Part shown: positions 45,742-54,999 of the stretch, piece by piece | How the letters are laid out: each line of letters opens with the position of its first letter | Numbering within the stretch: the stretch's first letter is position 1 | Assembly: GCA_038065235.1 (NCBI GenBank) | Contig: JBBTRK010000016.1 | Coordinates: 11,308-75,307 of the forward strand | DNA: 64,000 nucleotides | Direction of reading: 5' to 3' | Source: Patescibacteria group bacterium | GTDB lineage: Bacteria; Patescibacteriota; Patescibacteriia; PEXW01 | The notes under the pieces: model-generated | Told to the model about the DNA's origin: nothing | What the model saw: the letters and a program-made list of their open reading frames with translations, nothing else | Databases searched by the model: none | Translations under genes and position numbers: made by a program

Positions 45742-46790
45742 AGATTTTTGGAAATCAGTGCAGCGAGATTCTTAGCCCCATCAGTATCCCAGATACAAGC
45801 AGTGGCGGTACGAAGCTCTGCGAGGCGCTGAGGATTACCCACGGTGCTATTCAGGAGCTCTGCAAAAACCTCTGGGGTTAAGTCTTGCTCAGCGCGCACC
45901 AGTACGCCACGCTCCTCTAGTGCTGCAGCATTCTGCACCTGATGGGTATTGGGAAGTGGCACTATGAGCGCGGGCTTACCCAAAGCAATGAGTTCTGCGA
46001 GGACATTACTCCCCGCCCGGCTGACAACGAACGATGCGAGCGCGTACAAGTCTGGAAGCTCACGGTTCGTGAAGCTTATTGGGACGTAATTCTTCCGCAC
46101 CGTTGGTACTGCTTTCCCTTCACCAGTGATGTGAATGACCTGGATGTCTGGTTGGAGGAACGGCAGTGCAGAAATTAATCGTCGGTTCAACTCGAGTGCC
46201 CCCGAGCTGCCGCCAATGACCAGAATTGTTGGCTTGCCTTGCCTGAGACCATACGTGGTAGCTGCTCGAGCTGCATCACCTGTACGCAAGTCTGGCCGCA
46301 GGGCGTACCCAACGACCGCAACAGGCTGCGGCAGGAGTAGCGCCTGCGCCTCAGCGACTGCGCAGCGTATACTCGCGTGCTTGGCAATGAGCTTATTTGC
46401 AAGTCCCAGGGTAACATCCTGCTGGTAGAGCAGCACGGGAATTTGCAACCAGCGGGCGGCCCACATCACCGGCACCACTACATAACTGCCGGCCGTAACG
46501 ACCATTGCTGGTTTTAAAGTACGAAGCTTGCGCCATGCGACTATCGTTGCCCAGGCAATGACCGGAGCATCGATGATATTCCGTATCGAAAAGTACCGCC
46601 GGAACTTACCTGCAGGAATAACGCTGAATGGAATACCGGCTTCTTCCACAACTTTCTTATCACGATCGTTACGTTCACCCCAAAAAATACACCGAATATC
46701 TGGCGATACTTTCTTTAGTGCGGCTGCGGTAGCAAGCAGTGGGTTCACAGACCCGAGCGTGCCGCCCCCGACGAGGAGAATAGTTCTCAT
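45738..46790 (-). CDS. murG: MurG N-acetylglucosaminyltransferase
   Basis: GGGTLGSVNP, GLANK, IGGSSGA, VVSRAGS, HQVQNA. Confidence 0.95.
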   Translation of the reverse strand: MRTILLVGGGTLGSVNPLLATAAALKKVSPDIRCIFWGERNDRDKKVVEEAGIPFSVIPAGKFRRYFSIRNIIDAPVIAWATIVAWRKLRTLKPAMVVTAGSYVVVPVMWAARWLQIPVLLYQQDVTLGLANKLIAKHASIRCAVAEAQALLLPQPVAVVGYALRPDLRTGDAARAATTYGLRQGKPTILVIGGSSGALELNRRLISALPFLQPDIQVIHITGEGKAVPTVRKNYVPISFTNRELPDLYALASFVVSRAGSNVLAELIALGKPALIVPLPNTHQVQNAAALEERGVLVRAEQDLTPEVFAELLNSTVGNPQRLAELRTATACIWDTDGAKNLAALISKNL

Positions 46791-47884
46791 TGCCGTAAGC
46801 TCCGTGAGTAGTTTAAGAGAATACCAACGCCGACGAGCGAAACAACCAGCGACGTGCCACCATTAGATATGAATGGTAAGGGTTCACCGGTGAGCGGTAA
46901 GAGTGAGGTAAGCGCGCCAATATTTATGAAAGCTTGAATCGTGAACCAACTCACGACGCCGGTGATGACGAGCCGAACGTAGGCATCGCCTGCTCGGCGG
47001 GCAAGTTGTATACCCCGCCACAAGACGCCAACATAAAGCGCCAGAATGCCTACTGAGAGAATAAAACCAAGCTCTTCGGCCGCAATGGCGAAAATCGAAT
47101 CCCCTTCTGCTTCTGGTAGGTAGTTGAACTTCTGCATTGAGTGGCCGAGACCACGCCCGAAGATACCGCCAGAACCAATTGCCAGGAGCGACTGATTAAT
47201 TTGGTACGCATTGCCTTGTGCATCTTCTTCTGGATTGAGGAAGACATTTAACCGTGCTGCTCGGTACGATGATGATTGAATGAGTAAGAAAAGACCTACA
47301 ACGAGTAACCCAGCGATCCAGACGAAATGCTTTACCGGGGCTCCGGCAACAAAATACATGACCACCGAGATAGCGAGAATAACAATTGCCGTCCCGAGGT
47401 CTTTTTGGAAAGTGAGAATTGCAGTGATGACCCCGAGGAGTCCGAGCAGCGGAAAAAGCACTCTGCTCGGTTCAGCGTCGTGGAGCGAACGTTTCGAGAA
47501 CCAAACCGAGAGGAATATAATGACACTTAATTTGACGAGTTCCGAAGGCTGCAGGAAGAAACCACCGAAAGATACCCAGCGTCTCGCACCGAGGAGCTCT
47601 TGGCCAAGCCCTGGGATGAACGGTAGGAACAAGAGTAAACAGGTAATAACGAAAATTGGTAAAGCTACTTTCTTCAACCAGGAAATGTTGAACTGCATGA
47701 TGAGCACCATGAAGAGTAACCCAATGAGCAGGGCAAAGATTTGCTTCTTCAAGTACCCATTCGGATCACCGAGTGAGTTGAAGGCCGAAACACTGCTTGC
47801 TGAGGACAGAATTATAATGCCGAAGACGCAAAGGACAAGGATAATACTGAGAAATATCGAATCTGGTCGGCGTAGCGTGGTCAT
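46787..47884 (-). CDS. ftsW: Peptidoglycan polymerase FtsW
   Basis: GARRW, LQPSELVK, QKDLGT, AIGSGG, LPEAEGDSIF, TGEPLPFISNGG. Confidence 0.96.
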   Translation of the reverse strand: MTTLRRPDSIFLSIILVLCVFGIIILSSASSVSAFNSLGDPNGYLKKQIFALLIGLLFMVLIMQFNISWLKKVALPIFVITCLLLFLPFIPGLGQELLGARRWVSFGGFFLQPSELVKLSVIIFLSVWFSKRSLHDAEPSRVLFPLLGLLGVITAILTFQKDLGTAIVILAISVVMYFVAGAPVKHFVWIAGLLVVGLFLLIQSSSYRAARLNVFLNPEEDAQGNAYQINQSLLAIGSGGIFGRGLGHSMQKFNYLPEAEGDSIFAIAAEELGFILSVGILALYVGVLWRGIQLARRAGDAYVRLVITGVVSWFTIQAFINIGALTSLLPLTGEPLPFISNGGTSLVVSLVGVGILLNYSRSLRQ

Positions 47885-49980
47885 CGGAGGGCTTTAATAG
47901 CACGGACAAACTTCTCTCCCCGATCAAATTCGTTACGGAAAAGTCCGAAGCTTGCCGCACCAGGGGAAAGGAGGATTGTATCGCCGGGTTTCGAATAGCG
48001 GACAGCAGTACGCACCGCAGCCGCCATCGAACGAACACACGAATATGGGACGTGAATTTTCGGCTCTAGTGCATCAGTCGCAGTGCCAGGCAAAAACACT
48101 ACCGCAGAAACACGATTTAGTGCCTTAACAAGCGATTGTTGAGGTAGGCCTTTGTCTGTCCCTCCAGCAATGACGATGCAGCGTCCATGGACGCTGGCAA
48201 TACCCGCAACTGCTGCCACTGGATTCGTCGCAGTGGTGTTGTTGATGAAGGTGCGCCCTTTGTATTTGCGAACAACCTCGAAACGTTCAGGTACGCCTTG
48301 AAACTTCTTCAGCGCGCGGCGAATAGTTACCAACGATGTGCCGAGGAGGTACCCCGCAAGCGCGACGCTGATGGCGCACCGTAAAGTACCAATATCCTGA
48401 TGCTTAAGTTTTGCCGTAGGGACAACACGAAGTATTTTCCCCTGCACATTGAGTACGACCCAATCTTTCTCAATGTACGCATTCGCTTTGGGATGAGGCT
48501 GGTCACTCGTCCAGTACGTTTTCGCACGTGTGTGTACCTTGCTGTATTTCCGCCAGTCACTATCCAGTGGCGCAACAAAAAAATCTGCAGAGGTTTGACC
48601 TTCAGCAACACGTGCCTTTACTGCGGCGTATGCGCGCATAGACGTATGCCGGTCGAGGTGGTCTGGGTAGAGGTTGGTAATGAGCGCAAGCTTTGGTGCG
48701 AGTGGCGCAGCGAGTGCTTCAAGCTGAAATGAAGAGAGTTCAAGAATGACTGGGGTATGTCCATCGTACGCACGTGGCTCAAGGAGGGGTGAGTGGCGTA
48801 CATTTCCAGCGAGGACAGTACCTCGATTGTGGCTCCGAAGCAGAACAGCCAACCACGTTGCAACTGTTGTTTTCCCTTTCGTTCCAGTTATTGCCACAAC
48901 CGGGTTTCGGCTTGCGGTGCGGAAGAGACCTACATCAGAAGTGACCATGATGCCCTCACGGTATGCGCGCCGTACACTCGCATCTGTCAGCGGTACACCG
49001 GGGTTCTTTATGACCACTTCAAAGTCTTGCACGTTCGCTATCGCCATGCGGCCAAAAAAGTATGTAACGGGAAGATCGCGAAGTCGTTTTCTCACCGCAC
49101 GGAAGAACGCAGCGGGCTTCGCATCGACGACCGTTACCTGTGCGTGCTGTTGGCAAGCGTACCGCACCGCAGCCTCACCCCCACCCTGGGCACCCAAGCC
49201 GTACACAACTACGCTTCGCCCGCGAAGATCGCTTGGCTTGGCGTGACGAACGATAACCGTCAGTGTGTTTGCATGCGTTGGGCCATCACGTCGCGCCGAA
49301 GGTAAATGCTTTTTTTCAAAGGTGCAAATTTTGCTTTGCTCAATATTTGCACGACGTACCCCTTGCCGTACCAGCTGCATGGTTATGCCTTTCCATAAAT
49401 CAACCGCATAACCACTTGCACTTTTCACAATGCCTTTACCTTGAAAAGCACGGGAGAGTTTAACGCCTCGAGTTTGGTCGACACAATAGTGCTTGCCACA
49501 AATACCTGGGCCAAGCCAGACTTTGACGTTTCGAAGATTAACACCTTGGCTCCGGAGTAGTGTAAATGCTTTTGGAACAATGTTTTTAACCGCCCCACGC
49601 CAGCCAACGTGCAGCGCGCCAATCCAGCCCGTAACTGGGTCTGCCAGGAGAACCGGAATGCAATCAGCAGTAAATATCCCCAGCGCGATTCCCGGTCGTT
49701 GCGTGAGTAGGCCATCGGTTGCGGCGAGGTAAGTTTTCGGCGTTCGTGCGCCAGCACCGCGCTCGCCATCACCGACAATGCGAATGCGGTCACCGTGTAC
49801 CTGATGGCCGAGGATGAGCTGGTCAGCGGTTGTATGGAGCGTCTTTAAAAAAAACTGACGGGTTTGAACAACTTTTCCCCGTGGGTGACCCGAGAACGTC
49901 AACGGCTGAGCAGACAACGGCGCTGTTGCGTGCTCAATACCTGAAATGCCGCGAAGAACTGCAGACTGAAAAACCCGCAT
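47881..49980 (-). CDS. murD: Fusion of peptidoglycan editing factor PgeF/YfiH (N-terminal ~245 aa) and MurD D-glutamate ligase
   Basis: N-half QVHG, TADCIPVL, HVGWRG, LGPGI, CT...SARRDG; C-half TGTKGKTT, ELSSFQLE, DHLDRH, SPGAASF...DRG; single 699-codon ORF. Confidence 0.93.
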   Translation of the reverse strand: MRVFQSAVLRGISGIEHATAPLSAQPLTFSGHPRGKVVQTRQFFLKTLHTTADQLILGHQVHGDRIRIVGDGERGAGARTPKTYLAATDGLLTQRPGIALGIFTADCIPVLLADPVTGWIGALHVGWRGAVKNIVPKAFTLLRSQGVNLRNVKVWLGPGICGKHYCVDQTRGVKLSRAFQGKGIVKSASGYAVDLWKGITMQLVRQGVRRANIEQSKICTFEKKHLPSARRDGPTHANTLTVIVRHAKPSDLRGRSVVVYGLGAQGGGEAAVRYACQQHAQVTVVDAKPAAFFRAVRKRLRDLPVTYFFGRMAIANVQDFEVVIKNPGVPLTDASVRRAYREGIMVTSDVGLFRTASRNPVVAITGTKGKTTVATWLAVLLRSHNRGTVLAGNVRHSPLLEPRAYDGHTPVILELSSFQLEALAAPLAPKLALITNLYPDHLDRHTSMRAYAAVKARVAEGQTSADFFVAPLDSDWRKYSKVHTRAKTYWTSDQPHPKANAYIEKDWVVLNVQGKILRVVPTAKLKHQDIGTLRCAISVALAGYLLGTSLVTIRRALKKFQGVPERFEVVRKYKGRTFINNTTATNPVAAVAGIASVHGRCIVIAGGTDKGLPQQSLVKALNRVSAVVFLPGTATDALEPKIHVPYSCVRSMAAAVRTAVRYSKPGDTILLSPGAASFGLFRNEFDRGEKFVRAIKALR

Positions 49981-49986
49981 AGCCGC

Positions 49987-50015
49987 AGCATACCACGGGG
50001 CTTCTCTTGAGTGAA
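49987..50015 (-). promoter_or_regulatory. Putative promoter of pgeF-murD, leaderless geometry
   Basis: TTCACT-17 nt-(TGg)TATGCT, 6 nt before ATG 49980. Confidence 0.55.
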
Positions 50016-50023
50016 CCAGCTAG

Positions 50024-51073
50024 TTAGAAGGTTCGGTCGATGAGGAAAACGACCACGCCGATGACTGCAGTAACTGCCGAAATGACCCAGAAACGCATAA
50101 CAATCTTCGATTCTGGCCAACCAATTGCTTCGAGGTGGTGGTGCAAGGGTGCCGAAAGGAATACCTTCTTGCCGCGAAATTTCTTCGATACGAGCTGGAT
50201 GATGACACTGCCAGACTCCAGGACGAAGAGCAGGCCAATGATTGGCAAGAGCAATGCCGTGTTCGTGAGCATGGCAACGATACCCAGAGTCACGCCCAAC
50301 GACATGGCACCGGTATCGCCCATGAAAAATCGTGCCGGTGGGATGTTGAACCACAGAAAGGCGAGGAGCGCACCGACAACTACCCCACAAAATGTGGCAA
50401 GCTCGAAACGGCCTTGGGCAAAGGCAATAGCGCCGAATGCCATGAAAGCAGTGAGGAGCGTACCTCCAGACAAACCATCGAGACCATCAATTTCATTAAC
50501 CGAGAAAGCTGTTGATACAATAACCACGATGAAAACGGGAATGTACCACAATCCTATTTCAAAATTTCCTAACAGTGGTACGTGGATCATGCTGAAGCCA
50601 AGTTTGGCATAGAACCACCACGCGCCAACAATTGCGATGGCGGTATATATGAAAAGCTTGTGACGCACTTGCAGGCCCCCACCTTTCGGTCCCCACCCCC
50701 GAACATTGAAATAGTCATCGACTAAGCCGACAAGTGCAGAAGCAACAAGGGCAGCCACGGGTAGCCAGGTCTGCTGACGAGTGAGGAAGTTCAACTCATG
50801 CCAGAAACCAGCAGGGACAATCTGACGGAGAACGAAGAAGAAAACCGCGATGACTAATATGGTGAGCCATATAATAACCCCACCCATGGTTGGCGTTCCA
50901 GATTTCTTCTCGTGCAACTTTGCAAAAATTGGGGCTGTCAATGACGAACGGATTTTCTTGCCCAACTGGTAGCGGTACAACACGCTGGCCCACAACGGCG
51001 TGAATGCCATCGCCGCAAGAAACGCGAGCGACGTGAGGAAGAAGATTCGAATGATGATGACGTCGTCAATCAT
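50024..51073 (-). CDS. mraY: Phospho-N-acetylmuramoyl-pentapeptide transferase
   Basis: KSGTPTMGG, GLVDDY, NEIDGLDGL, FMGDTG, APLHHHLE; start at ATG 51073. Confidence 0.97.
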   Translation of the reverse strand: MIDDVIIIRIFFLTSLAFLAAMAFTPLWASVLYRYQLGKKIRSSLTAPIFAKLHEKKSGTPTMGGVIIWLTILVIAVFFFVLRQIVPAGFWHELNFLTRQQTWLPVAALVASALVGLVDDYFNVRGWGPKGGGLQVRHKLFIYTAIAIVGAWWFYAKLGFSMIHVPLLGNFEIGLWYIPVFIVVIVSTAFSVNEIDGLDGLSGGTLLTAFMAFGAIAFAQGRFELATFCGVVVGALLAFLWFNIPPARFFMGDTGAMSLGVTLGIVAMLTNTALLLPIIGLLFVLESGSVIIQLVSKKFRGKKVFLSAPLHHHLEAIGWPESKIVMRFWVISAVTAVIGVVVFLIDRTF

Positions 51074-51077
51074 ACAC

Positions 51078-51491
51078 TTAGATGCTGGACTGCTGGAACC
51101 AGAGTAAGAGTACTGCCCAGGCAACCCCAAAATTCAGCAGGACGGTTGAAGCGTGAAGTACGGGCAGAACCCGAGGCGCACGGTGCCGAACAAAGGGCGC
51201 CAACCCCAGGTGGTGAGCAACGGTCAGGAGCGTGGCAATAGCAGGGAGGAACCACACCACCCACCATGACCCTAGCCCATCGATACCGAAAGGGATGGTA
51301 TAATGCGTAACAACGGACAGTGCTCCGTACGGAAACCCATTCACGACAATCCCCCACGCAATGACTAACCCACCGACTGCGGCAATGACTGCCCAGCGTT
51401 CCTTTGAACGCCAGAGCGGCGTGAGCGCGTGGCGGAACCACGTCCCGAAACGCTGGCGGGTACTCTTGATTATTGGATTCCTGTGCATCAT
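51078..51491 (-). CDS. Small 3-TM membrane protein (DUF1648-like HYxxxFGID motif)
   Basis: TM-HYTIPFGIDGLGSW-TM-TM; ends 4 nt before mraY; the closest start codons upstream of TM1 are ATG 51488/51491. Confidence 0.65.
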   Translation of the reverse strand: MMHRNPIIKSTRQRFGTWFRHALTPLWRSKERWAVIAAVGGLVIAWGIVVNGFPYGALSVVTHYTIPFGIDGLGSWWVVWFLPAIATLLTVAHHLGLAPFVRHRAPRVLPVLHASTVLLNFGVAWAVLLLWFQQSSI

Positions 51492-53208
51492 GGCTACTCT
51501 CCAGATTACCTCGATGCGCCAAGAAGTCCAAACGATAGACGAAGGCGTACACCTCACTGCTGGGGTTTCGTACTGGCAGAAGCGTGATTTTCGCTTAAAC
51601 GAAGAGCATCCCCCGCTCATCAAGCTCCTTGCCGCACTCCCGGTCGTCATCAGCCGCCCGCACATCAACTACGATTCCCCGAGCTGGCAGAATGGCGATC
51701 AGTGGGCATTTGCACGAGAATTTCTCTACCAGAGCGGCAATAACCCAGACACGCTGCTCTTCCTCGGTCGTCTGCCAATGGTCGTGCTCAGTCTATGCCT
51801 AGGGTTTGTCCTCTACCTTTGGGGTCGCAAACTGGCGGGTGATTGGGCAGGTCTCCTCGCCCTTGGCTGGTATGTTTTTGACCCGAACTTCCTAGGCCAC
51901 GGACACTACATTACCACCGATGTGGGCGTTACCCTTGGGTACGCGCTCACACTCTACGTCCTGGTACGGCTCCTAGATCGCTGGACGTGGCAGCGTATGC
52001 TCGTTTTCGCGCTCACCTTTGGTCTGGCTCAAATGACGAAGTTTTCGGCAGCGCTCTTACTCCCCTTGTGCGTCATCCTTGCCCTAGTCTGGGCAGCTTG
52101 GTTCGCCGATCAGCACCGTATTCGCGCTGCTTGGCGGCGCTGCGGACAAGTTCTTGGCCTGGCAATCGCTGGCTTGGTACTCATGGCATTCGCGCTGTAT
52201 ATGGGCCAGATTAAAGCCGGCCGTGATGATGTTTGGGTCCAGTCACTGCTTCGGGAACGGACTGCCGTCCTTGCAGAAGGCCGGCTCAGCCAGCAACCAA
52301 ATATTACTCAACGCCTCATTGCGTGGTCTAATCCAGACACCAGATTCCATCCGCTGTATACAATCGGCCACGACATTTCGATCCCAGCGTGGTCGTACGT
52401 AAAAGGTTTCATCGTCGTCGCCAACCACGACTACTGGGGTCACTTGGCGTACCTCAATGGCCAGTACTCAAACTTTGGCTGGTGGTGGTACTTCCCGTTC
52501 GCCATACTCATGAAGACCCCATTCGCGACGCTCCTCACGCTCCTCCTCGCCGCTGTCGCGCTTACCCGTTCGGTACAAAAATTCCAACTGCGATTACATC
52601 CTGGATTTATCGTCGTGGGCGCTTCATCGCTGCTGTATTTACTCTGGAGTATGACGAGCAATATCAACTTAGGTATCCGGCACATTTTCCCAGTCTACCT
52701 AGCGGTGTTCCTAACGATTGGGGTGTTCGGAGCTCAGATTCTTGCCCAAGGGAAGAAGCAGCTACAGTGGCTTTTCGGTGGCATTGGCGCTCTATACATC
52801 CTCACGAGTTTATTCGCCTACCCAACGTATACCTCATACTTCTCAGAAATCATAGGCGGAGCAGCGAACGGGCCAAAATACCTGGTCGATTCCAACAACG
52901 ACTGGGGCCAGGACGTGAAACGACTGAAGACCTACCTCGTTGCGAACAACGTGCCCTACGTCTGCATGAGCTACTTCGGCCAGGCAGACCTTACCTACTA
53001 TGGCATCGACTTTCGCTACCTACAGACGATTGATGACCCACATTCACCTACGGACATCAACTGTGTCGTCGCGATAAGCGTGACGAGCATGCTCTCCAAG
53101 GATGGCGCCTACTGGTGGTTGAAAACGTACGAACCTGATGCGCGTATCGGTGGGACCATCTACGTTTTTGACTTTCGAGATGGAAGAATACCCCCGATTT
53201 CAAATTGA
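51361..53208 (+). CDS. GT-C fold (GT39/ArnT/PMT-like) lipid-carrier-dependent glycosyltransferase
   Basis: TIDEGVH, EHPPLIK, ITTDVG, TKFSA, NLGIRH, VDSNNDWGQD; many TM helices; start uncertain (51361/51385/51421). Confidence 0.88.
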   Translation: MTNPPTAAMTAQRSFERQSGVSAWRNHVPKRWRVLLIIGFLCIMATLQITSMRQEVQTIDEGVHLTAGVSYWQKRDFRLNEEHPPLIKLLAALPVVISRPHINYDSPSWQNGDQWAFAREFLYQSGNNPDTLLFLGRLPMVVLSLCLGFVLYLWGRKLAGDWAGLLALGWYVFDPNFLGHGHYITTDVGVTLGYALTLYVLVRLLDRWTWQRMLVFALTFGLAQMTKFSAALLLPLCVILALVWAAWFADQHRIRAAWRRCGQVLGLAIAGLVLMAFALYMGQIKAGRDDVWVQSLLRERTAVLAEGRLSQQPNITQRLIAWSNPDTRFHPLYTIGHDISIPAWSYVKGFIVVANHDYWGHLAYLNGQYSNFGWWWYFPFAILMKTPFATLLTLLLAAVALTRSVQKFQLRLHPGFIVVGASSLLYLLWSMTSNINLGIRHIFPVYLAVFLTIGVFGAQILAQGKKQLQWLFGGIGALYILTSLFAYPTYTSYFSEIIGGAANGPKYLVDSNNDWGQDVKRLKTYLVANNVPYVCMSYFGQADLTYYGIDFRYLQTIDDPHSPTDINCVVAISVTSMLSKDGAYWWLKTYEPDARIGGTIYVFDFRDGRIPPISN

Positions 53209-53262
53209 CTTTTGTACAATTTTTTGTCATAGTACAGTTACCCTGCGTATCGAAAAAAATAC

Positions 53263-54993
53263 ATGAAGTCGACAACGCTAGTCAAAATCCTTACCGATGC
53301 AAATGTCCTGCCCGAGGCTGACCTCACGGCAGCTGTTCAGGCTGCCGAGACGTTACATACCGATCTAGAGAAACACCTCATCGACCAGAATATTATTTCC
53401 GAGAATGTGCTGTACGAGACAATTGCCTCGTACTACAAACTCCCGTTCGTAGATCTGAAGCAAGTGACAATCCGCAAGGATGTCCTAGAGGCTGTGCCCG
53501 AACCACTCGTACAGGTGCACCAAGTGGTGGCGTACGACATGGACCCGAAGAAAATTAAACTCGCGACGCTGGACCCTCGAGATCTGCAAACCTTTGAATT
53601 CATTAAGAAAAAAACCGGACTGAATCCGGAAATTGCACTCACCACACCTTCGAGCATCAAGAGCGCACTCGCCCAGTTCCACAAAGGGCTCTCTGCGACA
53701 TTCAAAGAGATTACCAAAGAGACAACGCAAACGGAAGATGGTTCGGGCGAGAAGAATTTATCCGAACTCGCCGAAGACGTACCCATCATTCGCATTGTCG
53801 ATAGTATGCTCGAGTACGCAATATTCGAGAGTGCCTCAGACATCCACATTGAACCCCAAGAAGCCGACCTCATCGTCCGGTACCGCATTGACGGCCGCTT
53901 GAAGCAGGTCATGACCCTGCCGAAAACCACACAGTCTGGCATTATCGCTCGCATAAAAATTCTTGCGAACTTGAAAATTGACGAACACCGACTCCCCCAG
54001 GACGGTCGCATAACGCTGACGACGAAAGACTACAAGGTTGCGTTCCGCGTTTCCATACTCCCGGTGTATGACGGCGAGAAAGCCGTACTCCGTTTACTCA
54101 ACGAGTCGGCCCAGGTTCTCAGCTTAGAGCAGCTTGGGCTTCAACCGAAACCGTTAGAAATTCTCAAGCGTAACATTAAGAAACCACACGGTATTATTCT
54201 CGTCACCGGCCCGACTGGCTCGGGAAAGACGACGACGTTGTACACCGTCCTGAATATCCTCAACAAACCCGAAGTGAATATTTCCACAGTGGAAGACCCA
54301 ATTGAGTACCGCATGCCGCGGGTAAACCAGAGCCAGGTGAACCCGAAGATTGGCTTCACCTTTGCCGGGGGCTTGCGATCGCTCCTGCGGCAAGACCCGA
54401 ACATCATCATGGTTGGGGAAATCCGCGACAATGAAACTGCGGAAATCGCAGCGAATGCTGCCATGACTGGCCACCTGGTGCTTTCGACGCTACACACCAA
54501 CGACGCGATTACGGCACTCCCCCGCCTGGGTGAAATGGGCGTGCCCTCGTTCCTCATTGCCTCCACGACGAACATCCTCATGGCGCAACGTCTGGTGCGA
54601 AAAATTTGCCTCCACTGCATCCAGAGCTACACGCTCTCGAAAGCCGCAGTCGAAGACCTCGATAAGCAATTCGACGTCACGTTCATCCTAAAAACCCTTG
54701 CTCGGGAAGGCGCAATCATGAATGAAACCGCACCCATTGAGTCACTACTCTTCTACCGTGGAAAAGGCTGCAAACAGTGCAACCATGAAGGCTACAAGGG
54801 TCGTGTCGGCATCTACGAGGTTCTAGAAATAACCCACGACATTGCCGACCTAATTCTCAACAAAGGCACAACCGAGGATCTTCGACGGGCAGCCCAGAAG
54901 CAAGGCATGCTCACCATGGCGGAAGACGGCTTCGTCAAATCGAAGTACGGAATTACCTCAATCGAAGAGGTACTCCGCGTGACGAAGGATTAA
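53263..54993 (+). CDS. pilB: Type IV pilus assembly ATPase PilB (GspE family)
   Basis: ASDIHIEP, RLPQDGR, GPTGSGKTT, LRQDPNIIMVGEIRD, STLHTND, CxxC zinc pairs. Confidence 0.96.
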   Translation: MKSTTLVKILTDANVLPEADLTAAVQAAETLHTDLEKHLIDQNIISENVLYETIASYYKLPFVDLKQVTIRKDVLEAVPEPLVQVHQVVAYDMDPKKIKLATLDPRDLQTFEFIKKKTGLNPEIALTTPSSIKSALAQFHKGLSATFKEITKETTQTEDGSGEKNLSELAEDVPIIRIVDSMLEYAIFESASDIHIEPQEADLIVRYRIDGRLKQVMTLPKTTQSGIIARIKILANLKIDEHRLPQDGRITLTTKDYKVAFRVSILPVYDGEKAVLRLLNESAQVLSLEQLGLQPKPLEILKRNIKKPHGIILVTGPTGSGKTTTLYTVLNILNKPEVNISTVEDPIEYRMPRVNQSQVNPKIGFTFAGGLRSLLRQDPNIIMVGEIRDNETAEIAANAAMTGHLVLSTLHTNDAITALPRLGEMGVPSFLIASTTNILMAQRLVRKICLHCIQSYTLSKAAVEDLDKQFDVTFILKTLAREGAIMNETAPIESLLFYRGKGCKQCNHEGYKGRVGIYEVLEITHDIADLILNKGTTEDLRRAAQKQGMLTMAEDGFVKSKYGITSIEEVLRVTKD

Positions 54994-54999
54994 ACTCCA

